Shown: positions 25,543-38,142 of the stretch, one piece after another
How the letters are laid out: the number at the start of each line of letters is the position of its first letter
Position numbering within the stretch: position 1 is the first letter of the stretch
NCBI RefSeq assembly: GCF_001194135.2
Contig: NC_069002.1
Location: forward strand, 33,454,759-33,518,758
Direction: 5' to 3'
DNA: 64,000 nucleotides
Source of the DNA: Octopus bimaculoides
Taxonomy: Eukaryota
Notes under the pieces: model-generated
What the model saw: only the letters and a program-made list of their open reading frames with translations
Told to the model about the DNA's origin: nothing
Databases searched by the model: none
Program-made: the position numbers and the translations under genes

Positions 25543-26704
25543 AATGAAGTATATACCATGAGAGAAACAGTCATATTAGATTTTTGGTGCATACTTGTTT
25601 ATATTTTATATCGCTAGCGATGAAATAGAACCTGGCCACCACCAGCACCAAGACCACCAAATGAAGTAATTTCGACACACCTTAGTCTTCCAATGATCCA
25701 GCATCTGATCTCGCCGCCAGCGATATAGAAAAAAACCCCCCGTATCCGAACAGTGTCGCGATTAAGCGTGTTAACAGATATATAAAAGAGACAGAGGTAA
25801 TATTAATACGGAGAGGTGACATTTATCCCCACTAAAGCGTGAATACTCTGTTAGGACAAACTCTACCGCGGTAGATTCCACCAGTGAAAGTCTTCTATGG
25901 GATTTTGGTGCAAAAGGACCTCTTGTTTATATCGCTAAGAGTGAATGTTGCACAAAAAAACCAATATAAGAGTTTCTGAAATGGTATCTACCCTAGAAGA
26001 GTAACAAAACAACCACGTATAAGTGGCGATAAATATTACTGTCTCTAATATAGACATTATTTGTCCAATAGTTGCTGTTGATGCTGACAGGTTTGACGCA
26101 AAGAAGGCTGCAACGAAAACGATATTTTCTTGTTCTTTTCCATATTGCAACAAAGAAACGCTATCGTATTCTTTGCAAAATGCTTAATCTGTAATTTCAA
26201 GTCATGTCACAAAATACGTTGAAACATACATTCTCTTTCACTCTGATCTGACAGTCACATTCAATAAAATAAAATGCAAGTTATCTTTATTAAGAGCGGG
26301 CGAAACTAGAGAGATGACAGATTTATAAAATGTTGGGAAAATACGTTCTTATAATTGTTTCCACGTTTTACTTTCCGAGGTCAAATTCCACTTCAGTCAA
26401 ATATTACCTTTTTTTCTTCTATGACTTCTGCACCGATGAAATTTAGGACAACATCATCACATTTTCCCTTCCATTTTAAACAAAGTTTCCCTGAACTAAA
26501 GGGTTCGATATAATCGACTTACACCCCGTCCCGCAATAGATCAGTTCTCCGTTCAGTGGATTTAATGTGATTTCAGTTACGTATACGCTTTAGAACACTG
26601 GTGAGCCACAGTCCTCATGCAGTCAGGGGCTTAAGAAGAAACATACATCATCTACCGATATGATCACTCAATAAATCGAGAATAACAAGGATGACTTAGA
26701 TTGA

Positions 26705-26850
26705 ATATTCTGGGTGATAGTGTAACGTCGATTAAACAGACCCAATTACACAACTGGTACTTAATTTGGACGATCATTAGAAAAGATGAAATATGAAATT
26801 GACTTAGGTTGGAAGTGAACCGAGGACAGAGAGGTGCGGAACTAAAAACT
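26705..26850 (-). mobile_element. Decayed family C SINE fragment
   Basis: gtcgattaaacagacccaattacacaactggtacttaattt..gatgaaa..aattgactt..gtgaacc matches the family C body. Confidence 0.6.
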
Positions 26851-27337
26851 GAAAAACGATATTTTGTTTCTCATACACAACACTCATAATGATAAAAATG
26901 ATAACAATGATTAAAAACAACCAAAAGACATAAAAACGATAACATTTATGGAAAGAGTAATAACAACAAAGTCACCAGCAACACCAACACTGCCGATACC
27001 AACAACAGCAACAATTACAACAACATCAACGCTGCTAGAATACAAGTTTTATTTATGATTTTTATTTTCTTCCTCTTTTGTGTGTTTTCGGTGATGATTT
27101 TCAATTTTCTTTTATGTGATTCTCAGGAGACAAAAAAAGCAGAACTAAATTCCATCTCAAATTGAAATGAGGTGTAAAAATTTCTCACACACTGCATTCC
27201 TAATTCATGTTTTGTTCCACTGTCTTTGGTGTGTGTGTACATGCGTGTATGTGTGTGTGTCTCAATGCTTCTAAGTTTGAATGAAGAAGTGTGGTACATA
27301 TTGGCATATATGCATGTGTATGTGTGTGCATACATAT

Positions 27338-27372
<35 letters not shown>

Positions 27373-28224
27373 CACACACATAAGTATATGTATACATATG
27401 TTCATATATATATATATATATATACATTTAGGCATATGTATGTATGTATATATATATATATGTATATATGAGTGTGTGTGTATGTTTGGATGTGTCTGGT
27501 TATATGTAAGCGCACATCTATCACGAATGTATGTGTGTGTGTGTGTGTGTGTATATTTGTGTATGTCTATACGAGTGTTTAGAGGTTCATGAGTATATTC
27601 AGTAGAAATAGTATTAGTTTGGAAATAAAACAGTCATGCATTTGTGACGACATTCATTCACACACACACGTTCATGTGTGTTTCCTCATAGCAACTCAAG
27701 AACAAGCATTACATATACAAAAATAATGACCTCGCTTCTACAGAAATTCGAGTGCCATGTTTCGATTCTAAATAAATCTGTTAAAAAAATGCCAAAATTT
27801 TCTTACCGAAATCGTTTATATATTCTTCTCTATTAGGGATGTCCCCCATGATGCACTGGATTTGGATGCACTCCATAGTCCATGAATAGGTTTTGAAGTA
27901 GAGCCTCTCAGGCAAAGATTGATTGTAGACGACACTCATATTGATATCCATGTAATCATCACGGTATGATTTATTACATATACGGACGCAATCGTAGCTA
28001 ATCCTAATATGACTTTTTATTATATTTACAGATTTATATAGCGATTTCGACACATGTATATTTACGAAAGACTCGTATGGAAACAGGTTGAATCGCATCA
28101 ACTGGCCTTTGATTTAGGAGCCTCTCTGTTGACTGTTGTGGCACATACATATATCAATATAGACGAAAGCGAGATAACGGTACTGGTAATATGTATATTA
28201 ATCTACATCTATCTATTTCTTGGC

Positions 28225-28660
28225 CTTTATAGAGGTGAGGAGGAGGGTTTCCACTGCATTAGGTGTCTTTTTGTCTCTGGGTAAAAGTGTTGAACTCAGC
28301 GTTCACCTTGGTGTTAGGAGACCATCAAGGAATCCAACTGGATCTGCCCCAAATAAAGTCAAATTTCTATGGAAATGATCAGCCTGGTGCACTTTTCTTC
28401 AGGTGTAATATGGTGTGGCAGCCATCGACCTGATGCTTTAGTCAAGCTCTGTTTATTTTGCAGAATACTCTCACATATCTCACGTGATGTGGCAATAACA
28501 TTGGTTATTTGATTCTGAGCCAATTGCCTGTCATACATCACGACGTAGTGAACACGATCAACGTTTTCCTCGTTTTCCTGCAGGTCGTGCAGCCCTTTGG
28601 CACATCTTCAAAGCTCTGCATTCCCTCTTAACTTCAGTTACCCGCTTTTGTACTTTTGAT
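28225..28660 (-). mobile_element. mariner (DD34D-type) transposase remnant
   Basis: Minus: NEENVDRVHYVVMYDRQLAQNQITNVIATS..ESIL..KASGRWLPHHITPEEK, then GADPVGFL and PETKRHLMQWKPSSSP. These match the mariner WVPH and PETKxQSxQW motifs. Confidence 0.85.
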
Positions 28661-28727
28661 AGTTGGTGACACTGGACCATCTAGTAGGGAAGGTAGCTGA
28701 CTCCAAGAGATGCCGAGAGAGAAGAAT

Positions 28728-28925
28728 CTTTTCTACTCTTGACACAAGGCCCGAAATTTTGGGGGAGGCTAGCAATCGATTAGATCGAACCCCAGTACGC
28801 AACCGATACTTAATTAATCGACCCCGAATGAATGAAAGGCACAGTTTACCTCGGTGGAATTTGAACTCAGAACGTAAAGTCAGACGAAATACCGCTAAGC
28901 ATTTCGCTTGGCGTGTTAACGTTTC
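28728..28925 (-). mobile_element. SINE family C, tail type 1, lacking the first ~15 nt of the head
   Basis: Starts at gaaacgttaacacgcc on the minus strand. Tail gggccttgtgtcaagagtagaaaag. Confidence 0.92.
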
Positions 28926-29100
28926 TTATTTCTTCATTGCCCACAAGGGACAGACAACGGGAGAAGTAGATTACATCGACCCCAATGCATAACTGGCACT
29001 TAATTTATCGACCCCGAAAGGATGAAAGGCAAAGTCGACCTCAGCGGAATTTGAACTCATAAAGTAACGGAAGACGAAATACCGGCTTGCGAACGATTCT
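28926..29100 (-). mobile_element. SINE family C, tail type 2
   Basis: Tail cttgtgggcaatgaagaaataa abuts the unit at 28728-28925. Head starts at gaatcgtt. Confidence 0.88.
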
Positions 29101-29101
29101 G

Positions 29102-29310
29102 AACCGTTAGAACGCGGAGCGAAATGCTTAGTGGTATTTCGTCTGTCTTTACGTTCTGATTTCAAATTCCGCCGAGGTCGACTTTGCCTTTCATCCTTTC
29201 GGGGTCGATAAATTAAGTACCAGTTGCATACTGGTCGATCTAATCGACTGGCCCACTCTCACAAAAATTCAGGCCTTGTGCCTAGAATAGAAAATAATAA
29301 TAATAATAAG
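29102..29310 (+). mobile_element. SINE family C, tail type 1, head-to-head with the previous unit
   Basis: gaaccgttagaacgcggagcgaaatgcttagtggtatttcgtctg...aggccttgtgcctagaatagaaaa(taa)n. Confidence 0.92.
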
Positions 29311-29334
29311 TTGTATTATAGATACAGTACCTGG

Positions 29335-29519
29335 AATTTGTGGGATTGGGGGTTAATCGATTACATCGAATTCAGTGTTTTACTGATACTTAATTTATCG
29401 ACCCCGAAAGGATGAAATGCAAAGACAACTTCGGCGGAATTTGAACTCAGAACGTAAAGACAGACGAAGTGCCGCGAAGCATTTCGCCCGGCGTGCTAAC
29501 GGTTCTGCCAGCTCGCCGA
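29335..29519 (-). mobile_element. SINE family C with complete head
   Basis: Minus: tcggcgagctggcagaaccgttagcacgccgggcgaaatgc... Confidence 0.9.
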
Positions 29520-29859
29520 CTACTACTACTATTATGAAGAAGAAGAAGATAAAAAAAGGAGAAGGACAAGGACAAGAAGAATGCCTACTTCAGGTAAATA
29601 AGGTGAAATGCTGAGGGAGGTTGGTAATCGATCACATAGATCGCAGGACATAGCTGATACATGCTTTATATACACCGAAATAATAACACAAGAGAAAGCT
29701 GGTCTCTTAGGTATTTGAACGCAGAACGTAAGGCGAGAAGAAACGTCGCTTCGCATTTGTCTAGCCTGGTAAAGAAATCCTCCCGTTCATCGCCAAATTA
29801 AATAGTAATAATTGTTCTTTCAAACTCTGGCGCCTGGCTAGTAATTTTGAGGAGGAGCA

Positions 29860-29990
29860 ATCAAATACATTCATCTTAGTACTCGACTGGTATTCATGCT
29901 ATCGTCCTCTAAAGGTAAAAAAGCGTAGTCGACCTCGCTGACATTTTAACACAGAGCACAAAGAGATGGAAGTGCCACTAAGCAATTTGT
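29860..29990 (-). mobile_element. Decayed family C SINE fragment
   Basis: gactggtattcatgctatcgtcctctaaagg..gtcgacctcgctgacattttaacacagagc. Confidence 0.55.
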
Positions 29991-30104
29991 TCGATGCACG
30001 AAGATCATAAACATGCGTGTCTATATTTAACACGCGCCAACGTATCTGCCATAACAATAGCAGTAAGAGCAACATTAAAACTATTTAAAAAAAAATTCTA
30101 TCAT

Positions 30105-30473
30105 TGTTTTGCTCGCTTCAGTCAGTTAACTGCGGCCGTGCTGCAGCACCGGCTTTAGTGGAAGAAATCAACGCCAGGATGTTTCTTTGTATGAAGAGTA
30201 CTTACTTTATCGGTCTTTTGGCGAACCACTAAGTTACAGGGTCTGAAACACGCCAGTATCCGTTGTCAAGCGATGGCGACACCCCCCCCCCCCCACACAC
30301 AATTATACAACGGGTTTCTGTTATTTTCCGCCTGTCAAATCCACTCAAAAGGATTTGGCCGGCTCGAGACTATAGCAGAAGACGCTTGCCCAAGGTAACA
30401 TGCAGTAGGACTGAAACCCGAACCAAGTGGTAGACGAGCAAGCTTCTCATCACACAACAACGCCTGCACCTGT
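30105..30473 (-). mobile_element. tRNA-derived SINE family E
   Basis: Minus head aggtgcaggcgttgttgtgtgatgagaagcttgc..ggttcgggtttcagtcc; body aaatccactcaaaagg; internal simple repeat; tail ggtgctgcagcacggccgcagttaactgactgaagc. Confidence 0.88.
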
Positions 30474-30883
30474 TGTTGCTTTTGATTACCATAATGAATG
30501 AATTCTGACAATTTTGTGCAAGATCCCGGTAAAATCTCCCGTTTAAACGCAAGAGTAGTCACAAAAACAAAAAAGCAATATGAAGGACAATATAACAATA
30601 GAAATATGGAGGTCAAGAAGGTAAAGTTTTATAATATATCCCCCGTTCTACCTACAACGACAAATCAAGAATGAGATATCTGTTCTCGGTAATATGTTGC
30701 AAAGTATTGCAGAAAACATGAACACTATCACACGCATACACATACATATGAACACGTTCAACCATATTTATTTTTTTATATATATATATATACATGTTTG
30801 TATTTTATGTATGTTAGTGAGTACACACGAGAAAGCAGTTTTACACACACGCATATGTATACACACACATCTGTATATATATA

Positions 30884-30931
<48 letters not shown>

Positions 30932-31023
30932 CTCCATAGACTGAGAAATGTCTGTGCGTGTGTACCAACGTGTGAACGTGTATATGTTTATATATATCTA
31001 TAAATTTCTATATTTAAGTTTGC

Positions 31024-31055
<32 letters not shown>

Positions 31056-31130
31056 GCATATGTATCTATATTTTAATATATAAATATATAGAAAAACATT
31101 TTAATGAGCGCAGGTGTTTATATATATATG

Positions 31131-31165
<35 letters not shown>

Positions 31166-31311
31166 TTTTGCTCATTAAATTGTGGCTTTATGTAGGAAAA
31201 TGGTTATTTATGTTTCAAGCTGAGATGGATATGCCATTGAGTGTAGAATGGTTCTAGAGATAAGTGCATGAGATCGAATTTTCGCCCGCATGCGCGTGAA
31301 TGCCTATGAGT

Positions 31312-31423
<112 letters not shown>

Positions 31424-33938
31424 TTTGTATCTATTGGCACCAGTAGCATAATGGTATTAGTGTATTGTCTCCACGTGCACTAGTAATCAGAATTTCCTTT
31501 CTAAAATGTCTGCATTGTGAACGAAAAGTGAGAAAAGATAAAACAATACAATAAGAATTGCAACAACGACGAAACAACAAAAGCAACAACAACAACAACA
31601 ACAACAACAGCAGCAGCATGATTGTCAAGGGAACACACAAACAAGCCGAATATACAAATAGACCATTGAAATGATAACACACACAAACAGAAAAACCAAA
31701 CAAATACAATCGCAGGAGGAGATAAACGATGCAAGCTAACATTGAAGCATGATGTGAATTAATATAATATTGAAATTAAATTATCTTATAATATTTAGCA
31801 TATAGAAAAGTTAAACAATAACAACAACAAGGCAACGAATATATAAATGAGAATGGTAAAAGGAAGGAGGAGTGGAAGAAAAAAAAGAAGAGGAGAAGGC
31901 GGAGGAGGAAGCGGAAGTACAGCAACAACAGGTTCATAGACCGACATTAACAACTATGATGACGATAACCGCTGTAATAACGAGAAATAGAGAATACGGT
32001 TATCAACAAAAACCGCGGCGACGACACAGCAGCAACAACAACAACAACATCTACAACAATAACTACTACTAATATTACTACTACTACTACTACTACTACA
32101 AATATAATAAGGTCAGTTTAAGTTTTAGAAAACGTACTTAAAAATCGAAGATTTAAAATTGAGATTATGTGTGTGCGTACGCTTGCTCGTGTGTGTGCAT
32201 GCGCGCGCACGTGTGTGTACATAGGTAAGTATATACATACACACATAGACACATGATGTACGCATTGAATAATGTGTGCAAACAACACTTGAGCTATTTG
32301 AATTTTTATGGAATTTCCTATGTGTACATACACGAAGGAATATACATACATAATTATATACATATGTTTATACAAGTATATATATACATACACACACACA
32401 TATATATATATACACATATATATATACACATATATATACATACATATACACATATATATATACATATATATACATACATATACACATATATATACACATA
32501 TATATACATACATATACACATACATTTATATATATACACATATATATATAAATCATACGTATATTTGTATATATATCTACGCACGAACACACACGTGTGT
32601 GTATGTATACATACATTTATATATATATATATATATATATNNNNNNNNNNNNNNNNNNNNNNNNNNNNNNNNNNNNNNNNNNNNNNNNNNNNNNNNNNNN
32701 NNNNNNNNNNNNNNNNNNNNNNNNNNNNNNNNNNNNNNNNNNNNNNNNNNNNNNNNNNNNNNNNNNNNNNNNNNNNNNNNNNNNNNNNNNNNNTATATAT
32801 GCATGCACACACACACACAACCATGTTTATATTCTTTATTTTCTGTACAACAAAACCTTATGCAAAATATATCGAATACGCAAATTTAAAGATTAACAAA
32901 AGCTGAAGTAAAAACAATAGCACCCATAAAACAAACAAACAAGGAAGGCAAAATAATGAAAGAAAATAAATAAAATAAACAATCACAAGACCACATGTAA
33001 ACAACAACCTCATTCCTGGAAGCGTAATGTGAACAGAGATATAAAGACATAGCAAGACAGAAAGAGAGAGAGGGGCACGGTAAGAGAGTGAAAAGAGCGA
33101 ATTTGTGAAAGAAAGAGAGAGAAAAAATGTGTGTAATAGAGAAATGATTGGAACCATTTATTATGGAAGTCTTGTTTGTTTCAATAGCTATTATTATATA
33201 TTTAGCCGTTATCATTATTTCTTGTTGTGGGGCAGCACGCAGTTTCTTCCGATTTCTTCTGCCTTCTTTCAAATCTTTGGCATTCTGTCTTATTTTATTC
33301 TTTCTAATTCGCATTCTTACTCACGGTTTTCTAGTTAATACCTTAACTTTTACTACTTGTACTCCTATACCACCTCGTCTACTTTTTTCTTTCTCCGCAT
33401 TTTCCTTCTTCGCCATTTCATACTTCTTTCAAAGATGACTTCTTTAATACAAGAGAAAGCCGAGCACTTGCACAGGTCTAAACGTTAAAGCAGTTGCCTT
33501 ACATGTGTTTCATATTATGCCAGCGGCCCTGAAATCTCCGATAGTTACTGTACCGTGATCCATGTAACAGCTGCAAATGTGTAGAACGTCGAAATAATTT
33601 CTATTTCTGCTCATGAAATTTAATAAATTTACATTTATGCAATATTCATACTAATATAGGCCGCTATAGATTTTTCAGTAAAGGGAATAGTATCTATGAA
33701 ATAAGACATAACTGTACATTGGTTTACTATGATAGCGACTACATTGTCATGAAAACCACAATGTATTCAAACATTAAAACATGCAATCTATCTATCTGTC
33801 TGCCTGCCTGTCTATAAATACTACATAGCGGTACCCAGCATGGGCATAGTCCAATTAGTGTAGCAGGTAAAAGGTAATATACATGTGTGTGTCTGTGTAT
33901 AGAAACACAATCATTCGACGTTTGCGTATATGTGTGTG

Positions 33939-33973
<35 letters not shown>

Positions 33974-34141
33974 NNNNNNNNNNNNNNNNNNNNNNNNNNN
34001 NNNNNNNNNNNNNNNNNNNNNNNNNNNNNNNNNNNNNNNNNNNNNNNNNNNNNNNNNNNNNNNNNNNNNNNNNNNNNNNNNNNNNNNNNNNNNNNNNNNN
34101 NNNNNNNNNNNNNNNNNNNNNNNNNNNNNNNNNNNNNNNNN

Positions 34142-34177
<36 letters not shown>

Positions 34178-34269
34178 GTATGTGTGTGAGTGGATGTGTG
34201 TGAGTGTGTGTGTGTATACGCAAACGTCGATCAATCACACACACACAACATATCTACGAATGATACCCT

Positions 34270-34535
34270 GATCCATAGAAGACGTCCTGCCGAACGACCT
34301 ACACAATTGATTTGCTTATAGTGATCAAATTTATTTGTCGCACTTTACCTCACTCTCTCCATTAAATCGACTTTGCCTGAACAGGTGCACGGTGTCCCAC
34401 GTGTCAGGTGTCGAAATAGTTGAAGTGCAACATGACATAAGCAGCTTCCCTGATGAACACAACGCATCACCTGGTCTAGGAAATGAAACCACGATCTCGC
34501 GAGCGTGACAACAACACTAACCACTAGGCCTTTCA
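34270..34535 (-). mobile_element. tRNA-derived SINE family F (B-type head, different body)
   Basis: Head end aaaccacgatctcgcgagcgtgacaacaacactaaccactaggcc. Body gccgaacgacct and tcgactttgcctgaacaggtgcac is shared with 44700-44890. Confidence 0.75.
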
Positions 34536-34645
34536 TATGTATGCAGATGTGATTTTGTAATTTCTTGCATACACATTAGCGATATGATAAATCATCCATA
34601 GATGTTTTGGTGAATATATATGTCCTAATAGTCGAGGTAGCCCGG

Positions 34646-34737
34646 AATCAACCGAACGAGCTGGCCTAACTGAAGATGGCTAGTGAAATAGCAGAAACTA
34701 GCGGGTCGGTGTAAATAATTCTCGGTTCGGTGTGATT
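34646..34737 (+). ncRNA. Type I hammerhead ribozyme-like motif, probably decayed
   Basis: CTGAAGA (34670-76), stem II gcta/tagc, GAAAC (34694-98), short stem III, GTC triplet (34705-07), and a distal helix aatcaaccgaacgag / ctcggttcggtgtgatt. Proximal helix I is mismatched. Confidence 0.55.
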
Positions 34738-37247
34738 GCAGCCCCTATCAGAGTATATTATGTGGTCATTGGAGCATTTTAGCGCCTATCTCTAGGAATG
34801 TAGGAATTATTCTACATTCTAATAAATCTCTAGGAATTAGCCACACCCATAGTCAAATTTAGTTGACGATTCTAATTTTCTTTTAGGGTATAATTTTCTT
34901 TTACGGTATAACATTGCAAACAAAATCCTTTATTAATGATAATATATATATATATATATATGTGCACACGCTCGAAGGATTTTATATCATAACTTTTCAG
35001 TATCCAATGCACGCACCGGAACAGTATTCGTTCTGATGGCTAGGGTAAAAGACGCTTGATTATGCAACCTCACCTGCATTTATTCATTTAAATATCTATC
35101 CCGCTCTCACATTCATAGTATTCGCTAGCCATACTGGAGCTTGTATAGTCGATTGCTTTCTATTTTATTTCAATTTGGTGGCCACATTCTAGTCTATAAT
35201 CACTCTGAATGATATTTTTATTAGTCTATAACCAAGGTATCACTACAGTTCTGCACTAATCGCCACATCAAAGACGAGGATGTTTTCTCGATCCATTCAC
35301 CATTCACATTTGTGATGAGGTGCAATAAAAAGTGTGACATTTTCAAGAAGGTTTAATCTGGTGCTGGATAAAGTAGGTTGGAAGTCGTGTCGTGTTTCGG
35401 AGGTGGATGAAAGGGTGGAAAATTTAAATCAGATGGAAGCTGTGCTCTGGAGGTATTTCTCGTACCAGAATAATGGGGACAGTAACGCGTACAATAGGTT
35501 CAAATAGAGTAAAGTCTTACACATAGCGAATTAGGAAATGGAAGCGAATCTGCCATAATCCATCCAAAATATTCTGCATCACACGAGGATGACGTGTGCA
35601 TTACAGCTGCTGTAACATCACGAAACAAGCTTTGTTTGGAAAAGGGCACTGGACCTAATCAGCATAAGTGTGTGTGTGTGTGTGTAGGTGTGCCTGCAGA
35701 CGCTCTTACATATAGATACGCATATTTATGTAAATATTCGATTGCTTTTGTGAAGTATGTAAATATGTGTTTATGTATTCATATGTATGCAGATATCTAT
35801 CTATCTATATGTATATCTATCTATGTATATGCATAAAAGAGAGAGAAACAGACAAAGAGTGAAACCGAATGAATGTGAGAAAGAGAGAGAGATGAGAGAA
35901 GACATGTAAGAAAGAGAAGGGAAAATAAATCCCGACAGAGTTCACATGCATTATAATATGAATATCGTATAGGATTTACATTTAGTTTCACAGGAGTGTA
36001 AATTTATTTATTTGGTATTTATGTAGTATAATAAAAATTTTCATAATGGATCAGAAGTGATATTTTTAAAACCGAGAAAATCTACGTAATACAATTCAGA
36101 GTTAAACTTTTAATATCTGCACACATACAATCACCGAGGCGCTCACTTTCGCTCCATATCATACTCAGGCATCATGAATTATGCATTGCTGAACTTGGGA
36201 TCTTGAGAAGAGAATGTTAATCCTTCATTCATATGCTAGAAATGATTACGATATCTGGGACTATAAAAATCTCCAAGACCTTCTTATAATTGAAAGGGTG
36301 AAGGTTAAAAGAAAATACGTTTCTCCACAACCTTGCTATCAAGTATGTAGTTGCTCGAAATTTCCTCTAAAATTGAAAAGAGGAAGAGAATATTCATGCA
36401 TATTATACACACAGTTTTTCTCTCTCGCTTACACACTCTCACAAACATTGGTATACATAATATCATGCACGCGCAAACTCACATACACACGTATATATAT
36501 GTTTTAGTGAATTTCAAGCAATAATTTGAAAGTCGTACGACGTCGTTATATTGAATGTGTTTTGTAGCTGTGTGAGAAAATGGCAAAGTCAAAATGATTG
36601 GATATTAAAACATATATGTTTGAAATAAAAGGCAATAATGATTTTGTCGCTGGCTTCGCTTTTGATGTTTCATACTATTTGCAGTTGAGATGTCAAAGAT
36701 ATGCAGATCACTATGTATATGGATAGATTCATAAAATCGTTGCATTCTCACGCAGATAAATAGATACATAGATAAGTAGACAGATGGATAGATTGATAGG
36801 TGTACGCAGAAACTCACTGATTCATACGCACTTAAGTAGTGGGCTACATACGTAAATACAATGATAAATATACTGACTGAGAGCAATATAGGATAGATTG
36901 ATAGAAAGCTAGATAAAAGGATAGATTGATAGAAAGATAGACGGAAGGATATATTGATAGAAAGATAGACAGAAGCACAGATTCATAGAAAGACAGAATG
37001 ATAACTTAATTGGTTAAGAAAAAAATCTCTAGGTATAATTAGAGAGAACAGCAATTATATTTCTGTGTGTGTATGTGAATAAATATATTTGTGTGTGTGC
37101 GAATATATATTTATATATATATGTGTGTGTGTGTGTGTCTTTGAATATTCATATATTTGTGTGTGTGCGCGCATCTATATATATAAATATGTGTGTGTGC
37201 GTGCGTGTTCACACGTACTGACACATACGTGTAACTAGGTAAATATC

Positions 37248-37445
37248 TATATTCTTTTCTACTCTAGGTACAAGGCTCGAAATTTTAGGACAGGTAGACC
37301 AGTCGATTAGATCGACCCCAGTACGCAACTGGCACTTAATTTATCGCCTCTGAAAGGATGAAAGTCGATCTCGGCGGAATTTCAACTCAGAACATAAAGA
37401 TAGACGAAATACCGCTAATAAATCCGCCGGGAGTCCTAATGTTTC
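37248..37445 (-). mobile_element. SINE family C, tail type 1
   Basis: cttttctactctaggtacaaggctcgaaattt...gaaataccgct. Head begins at gaaacattag on the minus strand. Confidence 0.9.
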
Positions 37446-37965
37446 CAGTATATATATTTATATTTCCAGTATATATATTTATATTTTCAGTATATATATT
37501 TATACATACATATGATATATAAGAGTTATTGATTGGAAGACAGATAATAGCAATTGAAAAAACACAGAAAAACTATTGTTTCATTTCATTATTTATTATT
37601 GGGTGTCAGAAATATAAAGTTCTCTCGAGTTAACTGGTTTTGAGTGCGTGTGCTTTGTTCTGAAATGGCTAATATGTATGTGCCGCTCTATAATTCCATT
37701 AGCTTCAACTTGCAGTCTCAGAACAAATTATTTGCCAGACAAAAAAGTGTATTTTAGCAATTATACACTATATTGCTTTATATTATAATATACACATATA
37801 TTTCATATATCTGTATATACATGTACATATGTATATATACATACATATATATATACTTATATACTTTATATATACATGTGAATATGTATATATACATACA
37901 TATATATACTTATATACTTTATATATACATGNNNNNNNNNNATGTATATATACATATATATGCAT

Positions 37966-38014
<49 letters not shown>

Positions 38015-38110
38015 AATATACAGAATTACGTAGAAAGCTGGTATCTCAGCCACTAGCAGTTGAAACCTGCGTAATATAGATAGTCTTTTTAAATTTCATC
38101 ATTCACAATT

Positions 38111-38142
38111 AACCCGGCGTATGACGGGTACTTCTCTGCTAG
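38111..38142 (+). mobile_element. Helitron-like 3' terminus
   Basis: acccg-gcgtatga-cgggt hairpin followed about 10 nt later by CTAG|T. Confidence 0.55.
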
